Positions 12,621 through 25,560 of a DNA stretch of 64,000 nucleotides are shown here, in pieces. Every line of letters begins with the position of its first letter. Position 1 is the first letter of the stretch. This DNA is from Eledone cirrhosa (lineage: Eukaryota). A program made the translations under genes and the position numbers. A model generated the notes under the pieces. The model ran no database searches, was not told the origin of the DNA, and saw only the letters and a program-made list of their open reading frames with translations. The stretch is from contig OZ024740.1 in NCBI GenBank assembly GCA_964016885.1, positions 228,842,001 to 228,906,000 on the forward strand, given 5' to 3'.

Positions 12621-12755
12621 GTTAAACAAGTTTCAATGAATAAATCAAAGAATGAGTTTTACAATAGATTGGAAGCACTCAACAGCTATGGTTTTCCGGA
12701 GTTATTAATATTAATTCAAAATATTAACAAAAATAGACATTCGTGTGATCAAGTA

Positions 12756-12822
12756 TATTTTATTATACATATTTCAGAGGTATTGAGCTATCTTCAACAG
12801 TACGTCCTCATCAGATAAAATA
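12756..12822 (-). ncRNA. Type I hammerhead-like motif (family C)
   Basis: TATTTTAT-CTGATGA-GG..CCtct-GAAATA-TG-TATA-ATAAAATA; homologs 36116-36180 and 61074-61143. Confidence 0.65.
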
Positions 12823-12832
12823 AGATGATGCA

Positions 12833-12904
<72 letters not shown>

Positions 12905-13008
12905 CTGTGTGTGTGTGTGTGTAGTGCATACATATATATATATATATATGTGTATATTAGCTCCCTCTATATATATGCATATATCTATCTATATATATAT
13001 ATATATAT

Positions 13009-13240
13009 AACGAAGGAAGTGTGGTAAGGAACCAGGTGGACCATATCGCACCAGAGTACTCAATACTTACGGTAGTAGAGTGGGTAATAGGAAAATGTTC
13101 AAGACGTCGACGGCAGAGCTCAAGCCGATTCGACGGCTATTTCTGGTAATAAATAAATTACCACGCTAAAAATCTAATTTCGTCCAGAAATAGCCGTCGG
13201 AACGGCTTGAGCTCTGCCGTCGGGGTCTTTAACATTTTCC

Positions 13241-13243
<3 letters not shown>
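13009..13243. mobile_element. TA-flanked fold-back element (family D) carrying the 3' half of a hammerhead
   Basis: GAAAC-GGC-ttgagctc-GCC-GTC-gggg pattern in inverted arrangement; copies 26888-26976, 28733-28870, 32115-32312, 32374-32562, 34229-34285, 36403-36590, 62455-62575. Confidence 0.65.
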
Positions 13244-13331
<88 letters not shown>

Positions 13332-13471
13332 ACAACATACATAGAAGAATATCATACATTCATAGCACATATTCTAATAAAAAGGATTAAATGTTTACAG
13401 ACATGTAACAGTGACCGTTCATATATATGTGGGCGTATGTGTGCGTGTTAGCATGTATGTTTGTATATATA

Positions 13472-14073
13472 TGGTGGCTGCCAACTCGTTTTCGAGTACG
13501 GCCACTACTTTATATCCATGTAGGAGAACCCCTACCGATGCGCTGAACGAGTGTGACTTTTTAGTCCAGCCAGCGACTTGAAAACTCTGGTACAAACACT
13601 ACACTTGTGACAATGATTGACACATAGTGCTGGGCCCATGGTACCATGTGACGACAAGTGCAGAGAGATCTCCAGAGATAAAGCAATGTCTGTGCTGTGA
13701 AGCTTTTATAGTGAGCAAAGGCACTGCACAAAGCCAGTCCCACTCTCTTAACCAAGATGATATTTACCAAAAAGAAGAAAAAGTCAACATCATTGGATAC
13801 CATCAGGGTTGCAGGTGTTATATCAGAGTTTTCCTTCTCCTAGAATTCTGCCTTGACAAAGGCTAAGGGGTCATCTCTCACGGTGATTTTGGATGGCCAT
13901 TGACTCTTAAGAGCTCCTTTGCCCTTTGACAGGTTTTGTTTTTAGTCCTGCAGGATGTCCAAAGTCACCCTCCTCACCAAGAAACCTTGGTGGGGTTGCC
14001 AGTTTAGTTGCCAATACCCGACCATGAGACAGGTTGTACTGGAATACATGTTACCAGTAGCACCAACTGGTAA
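13472..14073 (-). mobile_element. RTE-related non-autonomous element
   Basis: Second copy in opposite orientation at 58558-58970; ctaggagaaggaaaactctg and ggcaaccccac motifs resemble RTE-clade 5' regions. Confidence 0.55.
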
Positions 14074-14114
14074 TATATACACACATATACACACACATAT
14101 ATATATATATGTAT

Positions 14115-14162
<48 letters not shown>

Positions 14163-14212
14163 TATATATATATATATAAATATTTATATACATCTCTCTC
14201 ACTCCCTCTCTT

Positions 14213-14386
<174 letters not shown>

Positions 14387-14392
14387 GACACA

Positions 14393-14472
14393 CAGGGTGT
14401 CCCCCAAAATTGTATACTTATATTTATTAGAATGCTGCTGAAGTGTGCATATATTTCTAGGGACAACTTGTA
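14393..14472. mobile_element. Tiny Tc1/mariner-type MITE
   Basis: cagggtgtccc ... gggacaacttg-TA imperfect terminal inverted repeats. Confidence 0.4.
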
Positions 14473-14506
<34 letters not shown>

Positions 14507-15239
14507 ACACATACGTACATACATGCATACATACATACATACATACATACATACATACATACATACATACATACATACATACATACATGCATGCATACAT
14601 ACATGCATACATACAAACATAACTATATACATACATATATACATATATGCATACATATACACCGACATAGATCCATACAAACATATTTTAGATGTAGCAT
14701 CGCGTGTAGATTACATGCCTACCACATTAGTACTACGGACACAGTTTAGACAGCAATTTACCTCCCGCGTTCAAATATTCATTGTTAAAATATAGCCATC
14801 ACATATTCTGCATTGCTAACTATTACTATTACTGATTGTGTAAACATGTGGAAATAAAGATACCTAAAAACGCCAGCGAACCTCATTACTGAGTAATCGT
14901 TTCATCAGCAGCTAGTAAGCAGTGAAACACCAGTGATGTCGTCTTAAATTAACTAGCGCTTCTGTGAGGGATTAATTAGCATAGGTTTTATATTGCTGTC
15001 ACAATTTTTTTTTTTTTTTTTTCGAGAAGTTCTTACCTTTGTCACCATAGTGATAGGAAAGGAATTTGGCAGATTTCAAAACGATTTCGTTTGTGTAATT
15101 CTGTGAGTTGTTTGAAGACCGAAGTTGCCAAAATGTTATTAAAGTTAATTTTGTGGTGGGTGGTTTCAGAAACAGAATCATGATTAATTTGTATATTATT
15201 TCATTTTTCATTAATAGTCACCCGTCATTGTTCAATGTT

Positions 15240-17680
15240 GTTATCGACAGATTACAGTACCAGCTCCAGTAATTCTTGAACTTAATTCACCCCCGAGATA
15301 CTTGAACTTCTCCATCTGCTTCAGTGGAACTTCATTCGCATGCTTCATTCGCGGGCTTCCTTGAGAAGATGAGAATCTCTGTCTTCGCAGAACTGATTTT
15401 CATTCCAGCCATGCAGCACTCGGCATCAAACCTGTCGAATGTAAATCGGAGATTACCTGTCGAGTTAAGTTACACCATGTGGTCTGTAAATTCTAGCCGA
15501 CAGATACTACACCCGCCAGTTTCGATACCACTCCAACCCGGCTGCTCATGTCAATCCTGTCCATAAAGATTATGAACAGGAAAGGTGATAGTGCGCATCC
15601 TTGGTAGAGTCTGACATCCACATTGATTGGTTTTGACTTAGCACCATTTATCCGAGCACAAATACTAGGGGATTCATATAGCGATATCAGGACAGCAAGA
15701 AGCTATTCATCGCTCCCATACTCCTGTTGAACCTTTCACATGAGGTCCCATGGAAAGCGATCGTATGCCTTTTCCAGGTCTACGAAACAAGAATATACCT
15801 CTTGGCAATACTCCCGAAATTTCTCAAAGATCTTCCGCAGTGTGAATATTTGGGGTGAAAACCTCATTCATCATCAGCCAGCTTGGGGTCGACAATATGC
15901 CTACATCTCTTTGCCAGACAGTATAAACGTTACCGAGGAGGCTTAACAAGGAGATCCCTCTATAATCGGAGCAATCTCTCTTGTTTCTCGTTTTGAAAAT
16001 TGGAATTATCACTCCCGATTGCCATTGGTTAGGTGTCTTTCCAGAGACCCAGGCCACTCTGCACGCATGTGTTAGCCAGAGAATACCTCTATTTAAGGTT
16101 TTTTAAATCTCATCCTTCCCAGCGGTCTTTACACATTTAAGCCCTTTCACTGTTCTTGTGACCTCAGTCTCAGATGCACCTCATGTTCATTAGATGGTGC
16201 TGTTGTGACCGGTATTCACTCCACCTAGCGAGGATGCACCTCTCTAAAACTCTAAAAAGATGAAAACCCCAGACGCTATTCTGATAGCAAGCGCGAAGGG
16301 TATTTCTTATCACGAAGTAGATGGATCATCTGCTAGAACATTTTATTTGCTAATCTGAAGTCGGATTTCAGCTTAACCCCAAAGGCCTCCTATACCTTAA
16401 CTTGACGCCGTTACTATCTCTGCTACGATTCCTCGCACCTACTTGTACTGCAAGTGCAAGAAGGAACATTTATTTCCCAGCCAAGTTTTGTAGGCCTTCT
16501 TTGCTCGGATGGTATCTTTGACCACTTGATTGAACTAAGCGGTCCTCCTGACACCCGGCACTACACCAAGCCACTTTCGCTCGCAGTATTTAACAGTTGA
16601 AGGGCGGTGGATTGGCAGTATCGATAGAGGGTCGGACGCCATGCTTTGACGCATAGAGTTACGTCCCTTGCCATTCTGAGTTCAAATCCCGCCGAGGTTA
16701 ACTTTGCCTTTCATCCTCACGGGGTTGATGAAATAAAGTACCAGTAATGCACTGGGTAATTGCTGGCCTTGTGCCTAAAGTAGAAACAAGTATTTAACAG
16801 TTGAAGCAGAAACTGGTGAGCTGAACAGTCTCCACTCCATTTCAACGTCCTCAGTTTGTTCAGGGAGTTCTCTGACTTTGGATACAATAGTATTCACAAA
16901 ACTGTTCCTGACTTCCTGTCAGTGCTTCCCACTTCATCCTGTAGGTTGGACTAGAAGTTGTGTGGGCTATTTTGGCTTTAGGTAATCACTGGTTGCAGAT
17001 AATTTGATGGTGATCAGTTGACGGTTCAGCCCCTCTCTTAACACGAACATCCAGCACAGAATCGAAGAGATTAGAATCAATTATTGATCTGTCTCCGATT
17101 CTCCTTATCCCATATGTATTTATGGGTATGTTAGTGCTAAGAAGAATGTTTTCATAATAGAGAGCCCATTAAGAGAATAGAAATCTAATAAATTCTCTCC
17201 ATTCGTATTTAGATAAGGATCGCCTTTCCTTTCCAACACCCAATTCTATGTCAGGTGTCACTGCCGAGATGTGTATTGAAGTCTCCCATCAGGATATATG
17301 ACACAGTCTTAACTACATCTAACGCAGCAATGAATTCATAATAAATTGGACCTATATTCGGACCCTCTATTTGGTGCAAAATGTTGCATCACCCACAGAG
17401 ATCTTTCTTTCAGCCTAAGCTTCAAGAGGCAATCTCCCCTCCCAATGAGATCCAGTCCATAATACATTGTGACAGTCGGGGGCTTGTGAGTACCTCCTCT
17501 CCCAACTATGTAGCCTTTTCTGGCGCCACACCTGAATAGAGGAGTTTCTATCCTATGTCCAAATCTGCAATACTAAAGCCACGAAACTTTGTTTGGGAAA
17601 CCCCGACTATATCTAGACTTATCCATTAGTTCTTGTTCCTTGTCTGTAAGAGTTGTAACGTTCAAGTTAATAATTGTCAT
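15240..17680 (-). mobile_element. Degenerate RTE-clade LINE (APE endonuclease + RT), many stops and frameshifts
   Basis: WQSGVIIPIFK..DCSDYRGISLLS (RT N-term), CFVDLEKAYD motif near 15770, GCALSPFLF near 15590; NVTTLTDKEQEL and DFNTHLG endonuclease relics at 17260-17670. Confidence 0.85.
16603..16788 (+). mobile_element. SINE inserted in the RTE LINE with 18-bp TSD
   Basis: agtatttaacagttgaag at 16585-16602 and 16789-16806. Confidence 0.92.
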
Positions 17681-18009
17681 ATTTTGCTCCCTTCCGGATC
17701 CTCTCTGATGTCTCGGGATACATTGCCTTCATAGTTCCATCCCAATGTCTCCCAGGACTGGTCACAGACCCCTCGCCAGTACTTGTAGCGTTGAATACAG
17801 ATTGCAGTATATTTTTCGAACACACCTCTATACCTAAAGCCTGAACGTGTCCTTGTTATCACGTGCTAAGTATAATACTGTATAGAAGCCTTTTTGCATA
17901 TATATATATATTTGTTTTACAAGGTTTTTTATATGAAATCGGGTGTCGAAACAAATATTGTTATACTTAGGGAGGGTCATATTGTTGTAATAATATTGCC
18001 AGAAATAAT

Positions 18010-18190
18010 TGTTTCTACTTTAGGCAGAAGGCCAGCAATTACCCAGTGCATTACTGGTACTTTATTTTATCGACCCCGTAAGGATGAAAGGCAAAGTCAA
18101 CCTCGGCGGGATTTGAACTCAGATCGTAAAGGGACGTAACTCTATGCTTCAAAGCATGGCGTCAGACCCTCTACCGATACTGCCAATCCA
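18010..18190 (-). mobile_element. SINE with 10-bp TSD
   Basis: cagaaataat at 18000-18009 and 18191-18200. Confidence 0.88.
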
Positions 18191-18316
18191 CAGAAATAAT
18201 AACAGTGAGTGTGTTCTGTTATTATTTCTGGAAATATTATTACAACAATATGACAAGTATAACAATATATATATATATGTCCAAACGGCCGGAGCTCAGC
18301 CGGAGGTCCTGACTCT

Positions 18317-18353
<37 letters not shown>

Positions 18354-18398
18354 TAAACAAATAATGAATAAACAATTCCTTATATTAAACAAAAAAAG

Positions 18399-18552
18399 TT
18401 CATTATTTAACGATCGTTTCTAGGATATATATGTGTTAGAGTTGGCATGCATATTCAACAGATCTATGTACAAAATTATACAAAATTATACAAACTATCA
18501 AGATTAAATATACATACCAACACATATATACGCCGTCTTCAGAAATAATGAA
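18399..18552 (-). ncRNA. Type I hammerhead with long stem II (family E)
   Basis: TTCATTATTT-CTGAAGA-[about 115-nt hairpin]-GAAAC-GATC-GTT-AAATAATGAA; 10-bp stem I. Confidence 0.75.
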
Positions 18553-19216
18553 ATATATTTATTGATAATAACAACAATTCAAACTTTCAGGTCCGTTTGG
18601 GAACAAAATTGACCAATGAAAATACAAAAGGTTTAATGCCGTTCGGTGTGTGTATATACATGTAATAACCCTTACACATATTTTACAAAAATGTATGCAC
18701 AACCTGTATACTCATACAAAAAGGATGGATGCAAATACAAAATTTCAAGGTTAATGTCTCTGTAAGTTTATAATGCACAGATAAGATGCGTATAGATACA
18801 TAAATATGAAATAAGTGTATACACATATTTTCATACTAACACATATCCGTACAATCACACATACACGCGCGTATATGCATAAACATACACATAAACTACA
18901 AACATACAAACACACACACACCACCACTCACATATATATATATGTGGATATAAAATCCTAAGCACATGGATATTAATTCACTCACATAAACACTGGCACA
19001 CACATTTAGATAAAGATACAGAAATTAGGTGGGAGGGGGGGGGGAGAGGTCAGTATTCAACGGTTTGGGCTGCCTGCTTAATATAGATGTATCTATAAAC
19101 TAAGAAAATAAAAAATAAAAAATAATAATAAATAATAAATAAACATTAAAAAGGAAAGAAAAGAAAAAGAAAAAAGAAAAAAGAAAAAAGAAAAAAGAAA
19201 AAAGAAATATATCAAG

Positions 19217-19253
<37 letters not shown>

Positions 19254-19461
19254 ACATATATATATCTATATATATATATACATACATATACACATACATA
19301 CACATACATACACACACACACACACATATACATATACACATACACATATACAAACACATACATACATATACACACATCCACACTTAGAACATAACATACA
19401 CACACATATATAAACATATACATATACACACATAGATACAAATACACACATACACATAAAT

Positions 19462-19524
<63 letters not shown>

Positions 19525-19821
19525 CATATACATACACTCATACATAGGCATATAATCACACATACTATATAGACACACATATATATACACACATACATAC
19601 ACATATACCTACACTTACATACATATATACATACAGATATACACATACATACCTATATATACACACAAATACATACAGACATATATACATACATACAGAC
19701 AAATACTTACGCATCTATATATCGGTATATACATACAAACACCACTACACTCTCACACAACTCAGACATACAAAGAAAAAGGTATATACCCATACACATA
19801 TACATATACAAATAGAGAAAC

Positions 19822-19880
<59 letters not shown>

Positions 19881-20096
19881 CATACATATACATATACACA
19901 TACACACATACACATACAAACACATACATACATGTACACACACATAGATATATATACACACACATACACACATACACATACATATATAGTCATACACACA
20001 CATACACCTACACGAACATACACATACACATATACAAAGATATATATACACACACACACACACATACACACACACACATATATATAAAAAAAATAA

Positions 20097-20143
<47 letters not shown>

Positions 20144-20746
20144 CACATACATACACACATACATAGACATATATGTACATACATACATATACATAGATAC
20201 ATACACATACATACATACATATATATATACACACATAGACATATACATACATACACACACAACATACATACACACATATATACTCATACATAGAATTAGA
20301 TATATAAACATACATACATACGCACTTACATATACTCATATATACTAATACAAACGCATTAATATATGCGTATATACATAGAAACACCACTACACCCTCA
20401 CCCAACTCAGATATACAAAGAAAAAGGCATATACATATACATATATACACGCATCAATAGAGATATATATACACATATATATATATATATATATGTGTGT
20501 ACACACATACACTTATATACATATACCCACACACACATACAACCATAAATACACATACAAACACCCACATATATAAATATATACTCATATATATATATAT
20601 ACACACACATAAAAAACAGACATGCACACATATATATTTTTTTACACATATATATACACATATATATACACATACACACTCTCACATATACACATACACA
20701 TAAGTTATATTATAATAATAAATAATATATATATATATACACATAC

Positions 20747-20795
<49 letters not shown>

Positions 20796-21090
20796 CACAC
20801 ACACATATGAATATAGACATATAAACACACATAGATATATATACATACATATATACACATACATATACACACACACACATATACACATTCACATATACAT
20901 GTGTGTGCATACACACATATATATACATACACACATATACACATAAACACATATATGTGTATACATGCACACACACACATATATCCACATAGATACGAAG
21001 ATATACATATAAATAGAGAGACATACATATATATACACACACACACATATACATACATACATACACACACATATATATATATACATATAC

Positions 21091-21155
<65 letters not shown>

Positions 21156-22510
21156 CAGACATACACATACACATACATACACACACATGCATATATACAC
21201 ACATATACACATACATACACACATATATATATATACACACAATCATACATTCTTATTTGCATGCGCATATATGTATTTTTATATTCAGATATAAATACCC
21301 AAATATATATACACCTACCTACATATATATTCATACATACAAGCTTACAAACACAGATGATAATAGTATGGGGAAATGGGGGGGGGTTGGAGAAGGGGAT
21401 TATAGTAAATATATGTTTCAAGAAACATAGAATATTATCCGTATCTAGATCCAATGTATGTTTATACATAGTATCAGTGTTAGGAAATATAATAAACAAG
21501 GAATAAGGCAAAATTTATGCAATTCAAAATAAATAAGTATACCATTAATTATATGTTAACTAAACTAAAGATAGTTAACATATTGATTTCTAAGGTGTAA
21601 ATTAGTTAGGTTTATAATATTTGAAGCAGAATTTTGAAGTTAAATAGTAGTAGAGTATTAATTATAGTATAACTAAATTAAAGTTAATAACTTTATGGTA
21701 TCAATATTAGGAAATGAATTTAGTAATAGGGAAAAAAACAAATAAAGTATTACATCGGTAGTAGAATATAAAATATAGGTTAATTAAATTAAAAATTATA
21801 TATTTATTTCTATAGTATATGTTAATTAGGTATATAATAAATAAAACAGATATTGTATTTTATCAATAGCAGAATATAATTATATGCAATTAGAAATCAA
21901 AATTAATACATATACATATACATATACATACACATATATATATACACATATATATACATATATATATACATATATACACATATACATACGCACATACATA
22001 CACATACACATATACATATACATATTTTTTCAAAAATTGCAAAGAATATATTAACTAGGTATAAATCCAAAACACATCCCATTCTATGATTAGATGACAT
22101 TCTGCAATTCGTCTGTATAAGGATATTAATTTTAAGCCAATTAAATTAAATTTTTAGGTTGATTAAAATTAAAACCAAATTATAAATATATTTCTAAAAT
22201 GTATATTAATTAGGTCTATATTACTAAAAATTATTTCTCTGTCATTGGATACACTATATTTTGTTATATTTTATCTGTAAAAGAATTATAATAAAAAAAA
22301 TTATAATAAAAAAAATTATAATAAAAGGTTTAAATAAATTAAAATTAATCTATAAATTAAAATACTAAGTATATATTAGTAATATTTAAAGGTTTTTCAC
22401 AATTTATGATTACATAATATTTTATATTCTCATCTGTAATAGAATTTTAATTAAATTAAATTTATAGGTTAACTAACATTTAAATTAAATTAATTTCTAA
22501 AATAATGTTA

Positions 22511-22835
22511 TTAATTAGGTTTATAATATTTAAATGTTTTTTTTAGTTTATGATTACACGATATAATTAATTCCTGTCGTTTATTTAATAGGATATCCTT
22601 AGATTTCATTATTTCAAATAGTTCTTGGGAACATAATCTACATTCATTTCTATTATTTTGATAAGGGGTGGCTCTTTTGAGCACACTCCAGGTCAAATCA
22701 TATTCTATATTCTTATTTTTATAACTATTGATTTTTTCTGCTAGAGATGTTGTATTAGCCAGTGCGGCATTTTTAAAAACTATGCTTATGGGTATTAAAC
22801 CTTGTCTTAAAATTGTTAGAGGTAGCTCCTATATA
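22511..22835 (-). pseudogene. PLE GIY-YIG endonuclease C-terminal relic (one +1 frameshift)
   Basis: YIGATSNNFKTRFNTHKHSF / KNAALANTTSLAEKIN..LTWSVLKRATPYQNNRNECRLCSQELFEI..LLNKRQELIISCNH: YIG, conserved Arg, CxLC..E, LNKR.E..C.H typical of PLE endonucleases. Confidence 0.85.
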
Positions 22836-22965
22836 TGAGCATGTCTGTTTTTTATGTGTGTGTATATATATATATATATGAGTATATATTTATATATGTG
22901 GGTGTTTCTATGTGTATTTATGGTTGTATGTGTGTGTGGGTATATGTATATAAGTGTATGTGTGT

Positions 22966-23003
<38 letters not shown>

Positions 23004-23330
23004 ATATATATCTCTATTGATGCGTGTATATATGTATATGTATATGCCTTTTTCTTTGTATATCTGAGTTGGGTGAGGGTGTAGTGGTGTTTCTATGTAT
23101 ATACGCATATATTGATGCGTTTGTATTGGTATATATGAGTATATGTAAGTGCGTATGTATGTATGTTTATATATCTAATTCTATGTATGAGTATATATGT
23201 GTGTATGTATGTTGTGTGTGTATGTATGTATATGTCTATGTGTGTATATATATATGTATGTATGTATGTGTATGTATCTATGTATATGTATGTATGTACA
23301 TATATGTCTATGTATGTGTGTATGTATGTG

Positions 23331-23385
<55 letters not shown>

Positions 23386-23603
23386 TTATTTTTTTTATAT
23401 ATATGTGTGTGTGTGTATGTGTGTGTGTGTGTGTGTATATATATCTTTGTATATGTGTATGTGTATGTTCGTGTAGGTGTATGTGTGTGTATGACTATAT
23501 ATGTATGTGTATGTGTGTATGTGTGTGTATATATATCTATGTGTGTGTACATGTATGTATGTGTTTGTATGTGTATGTGTGTATGTGTATATGTATATGT
23601 ATG

Positions 23604-23662
<59 letters not shown>

Positions 23663-23959
23663 GTTTCTCTATTTGTATATGTATATGTGTATGGGTATAT
23701 ACCTTTTTCTTTGTATGTCTGAGTTGTGTGAGAGTGTAGTGGTGTTTGTATGTATATACCGATATATAGATGCGTAAGTATTTGTCTGTATGTATGTATA
23801 TATGTCTGTATGTATTTGTGTGTATATATAGGTATGTATGTGTATATCTGTATGTATATATGTATGTAAGTGTAGGTATATGTGTATGTATGTGTGTATA
23901 TATATGTGTGTCTATATAGTATGTGTGATTATATGCCTATGTATGAGTGTATGTATATG

Positions 23960-24024
<65 letters not shown>

Positions 24025-24236
24025 GTGTATTTATGTGTATGTGTGTATTTGTATCTATGTGTGTATATGTATATGTTTATATATGTGTGTGTATGTTATG
24101 TTCTAAGTGTGGATGTGTGTATATGTATGTATGTGTTTGTATATGTGTATGTGTATATGTATATGTGTGTGTGTGTGTGTATGTATGTGTATGTATGTGT
24201 ATATGTATGTATATATATATATAGATATATATATGT

Positions 24237-24275
<39 letters not shown>

Positions 24276-24924
24276 CTTGATATATTTCTTTTTTCTTTTT
24301 TCTTTTTTCTTTTTCTTTTCTTTCCTTTTTAATGTTTATTTATTATTTATTATTATTTTTTATTTTTTATTTTCTTAGTTTATAGATACATCTATATTAA
24401 GCAGGCAGCCCAAACCGTTGAATACTGACCTCTCCCCCCCCCTCCCACCTAATTTCTGTATCTTTATCTAAATGTGTGTGCCAGTGTTTATGTGAGTGAA
24501 TTAATATCCATGTGCTTAGGATTTTATATCCACATATATATATATGTGAGTGGTGGTGTGTGTGTGTTTGTATGTTTGTAGTTTATGTGTATGTTTATGC
24601 ATATACGCGCGTGTATGTGTGATTGTACGGATATGTATTAGTATGAAAATATGTGTATACACTTATTTCATATTTATGTATCTATACGCATCTTATCTGT
24701 GCATTATAAACTTACAGAGACATTAACCTTGAAATTTTGTATTTGCATCCATCCTTTTTGTATGAGTATACAGGTTGTGCATACATTTTTGTAAAATATG
24801 TGTAAGGGTTATTACATGTATATACACACACCGAACGGCATTAAACCTTTTGTATTTTCATTGGTCAATTTTGTTCCCAAACGGACCTGAAAGTTTGAAT
24901 TGTTGTTATTATCAATAAATATAT

Positions 24925-25078
24925 TTCATTATTTCTGAAGACGGCGTATATATGTGTTGGTATGTATATTTAATCTTGATAGTTTGTATAATTTTGTATA
25001 ATTTTGTACATAGATCTGTTGAATATGCATGCCAACTCTAACACATATATATCCTAGAAACGATCGTTAAATAATGAA
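24925..25078 (+). ncRNA. Type I hammerhead with long stem II (mirror of 18399-18552)
   Basis: Same motif; predicted cleavage after GUU at 25068. Confidence 0.75.
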
Positions 25079-25345
25079 CTTTTTTTGTTTAATATAAGGA
25101 ATTGTTTATTCATTATTTGTTTAATATTTTATCTTGACTCTGTATACCGTTTATCTTTCACCGAAAGTGATTTTTCATTACATTTCTTCTTTCCATGATA
25201 TCCGGAATACATTGAGTTCTTCATACGGATTGGACACTACCGTAAACTCTTGGTAGATTTATCTACATATATATATATATATATATGTATAAGAAAAAAA
25301 GATGAAATCGAAAATGGAGTCTTTTTAAAAAATACTTATTTGGTT

Positions 25346-25383
25346 CCTTTACCGGTTTCACAGATCTTGTGCTTTTCAAAAGT
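25346..25383 (-). ncRNA. Hammerhead-like motif family B (U3-A8), degenerate
   Basis: CTT-TTGAAAA-GCAc aagat cTGT-GAAAC-CG-GTA-AAGG. Confidence 0.45.
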
Positions 25384-25560
25384 AGAATTGAGATGGAGGG
25401 TTTATGGTTTTTCTCACATCTGGCTGGTGTTCGAATGTTACTTCTGTTTTATATGGAAAAAAGTGGCTCGAAATGCTAGGTTTTTAGAAAAGTAATTTGG
25501 TTGGTTGATGACTGTCATGTGAATAAGTATAATAAATTTCGCGCCAGTTCGTGTTACAAA

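Larger units (their letters stand above)
18345..25132 (-). mobile_element. 5'-truncated Penelope-like element with inverted 2.3-kb terminal duplication
   Basis: Arms 18345-20625 and 22839-25132 are near-identical reverse complements; spacer holds a GIY-YIG relic; the sense-strand arm carries a hammerhead. Confidence 0.8.

Noticed and set aside
13627-13866. 79-aa ORF open in two copies (also 58574-58813)
   Set aside because: Copies of one young repeat; no recognisable domain; GTG start; antisense ORF equally open.
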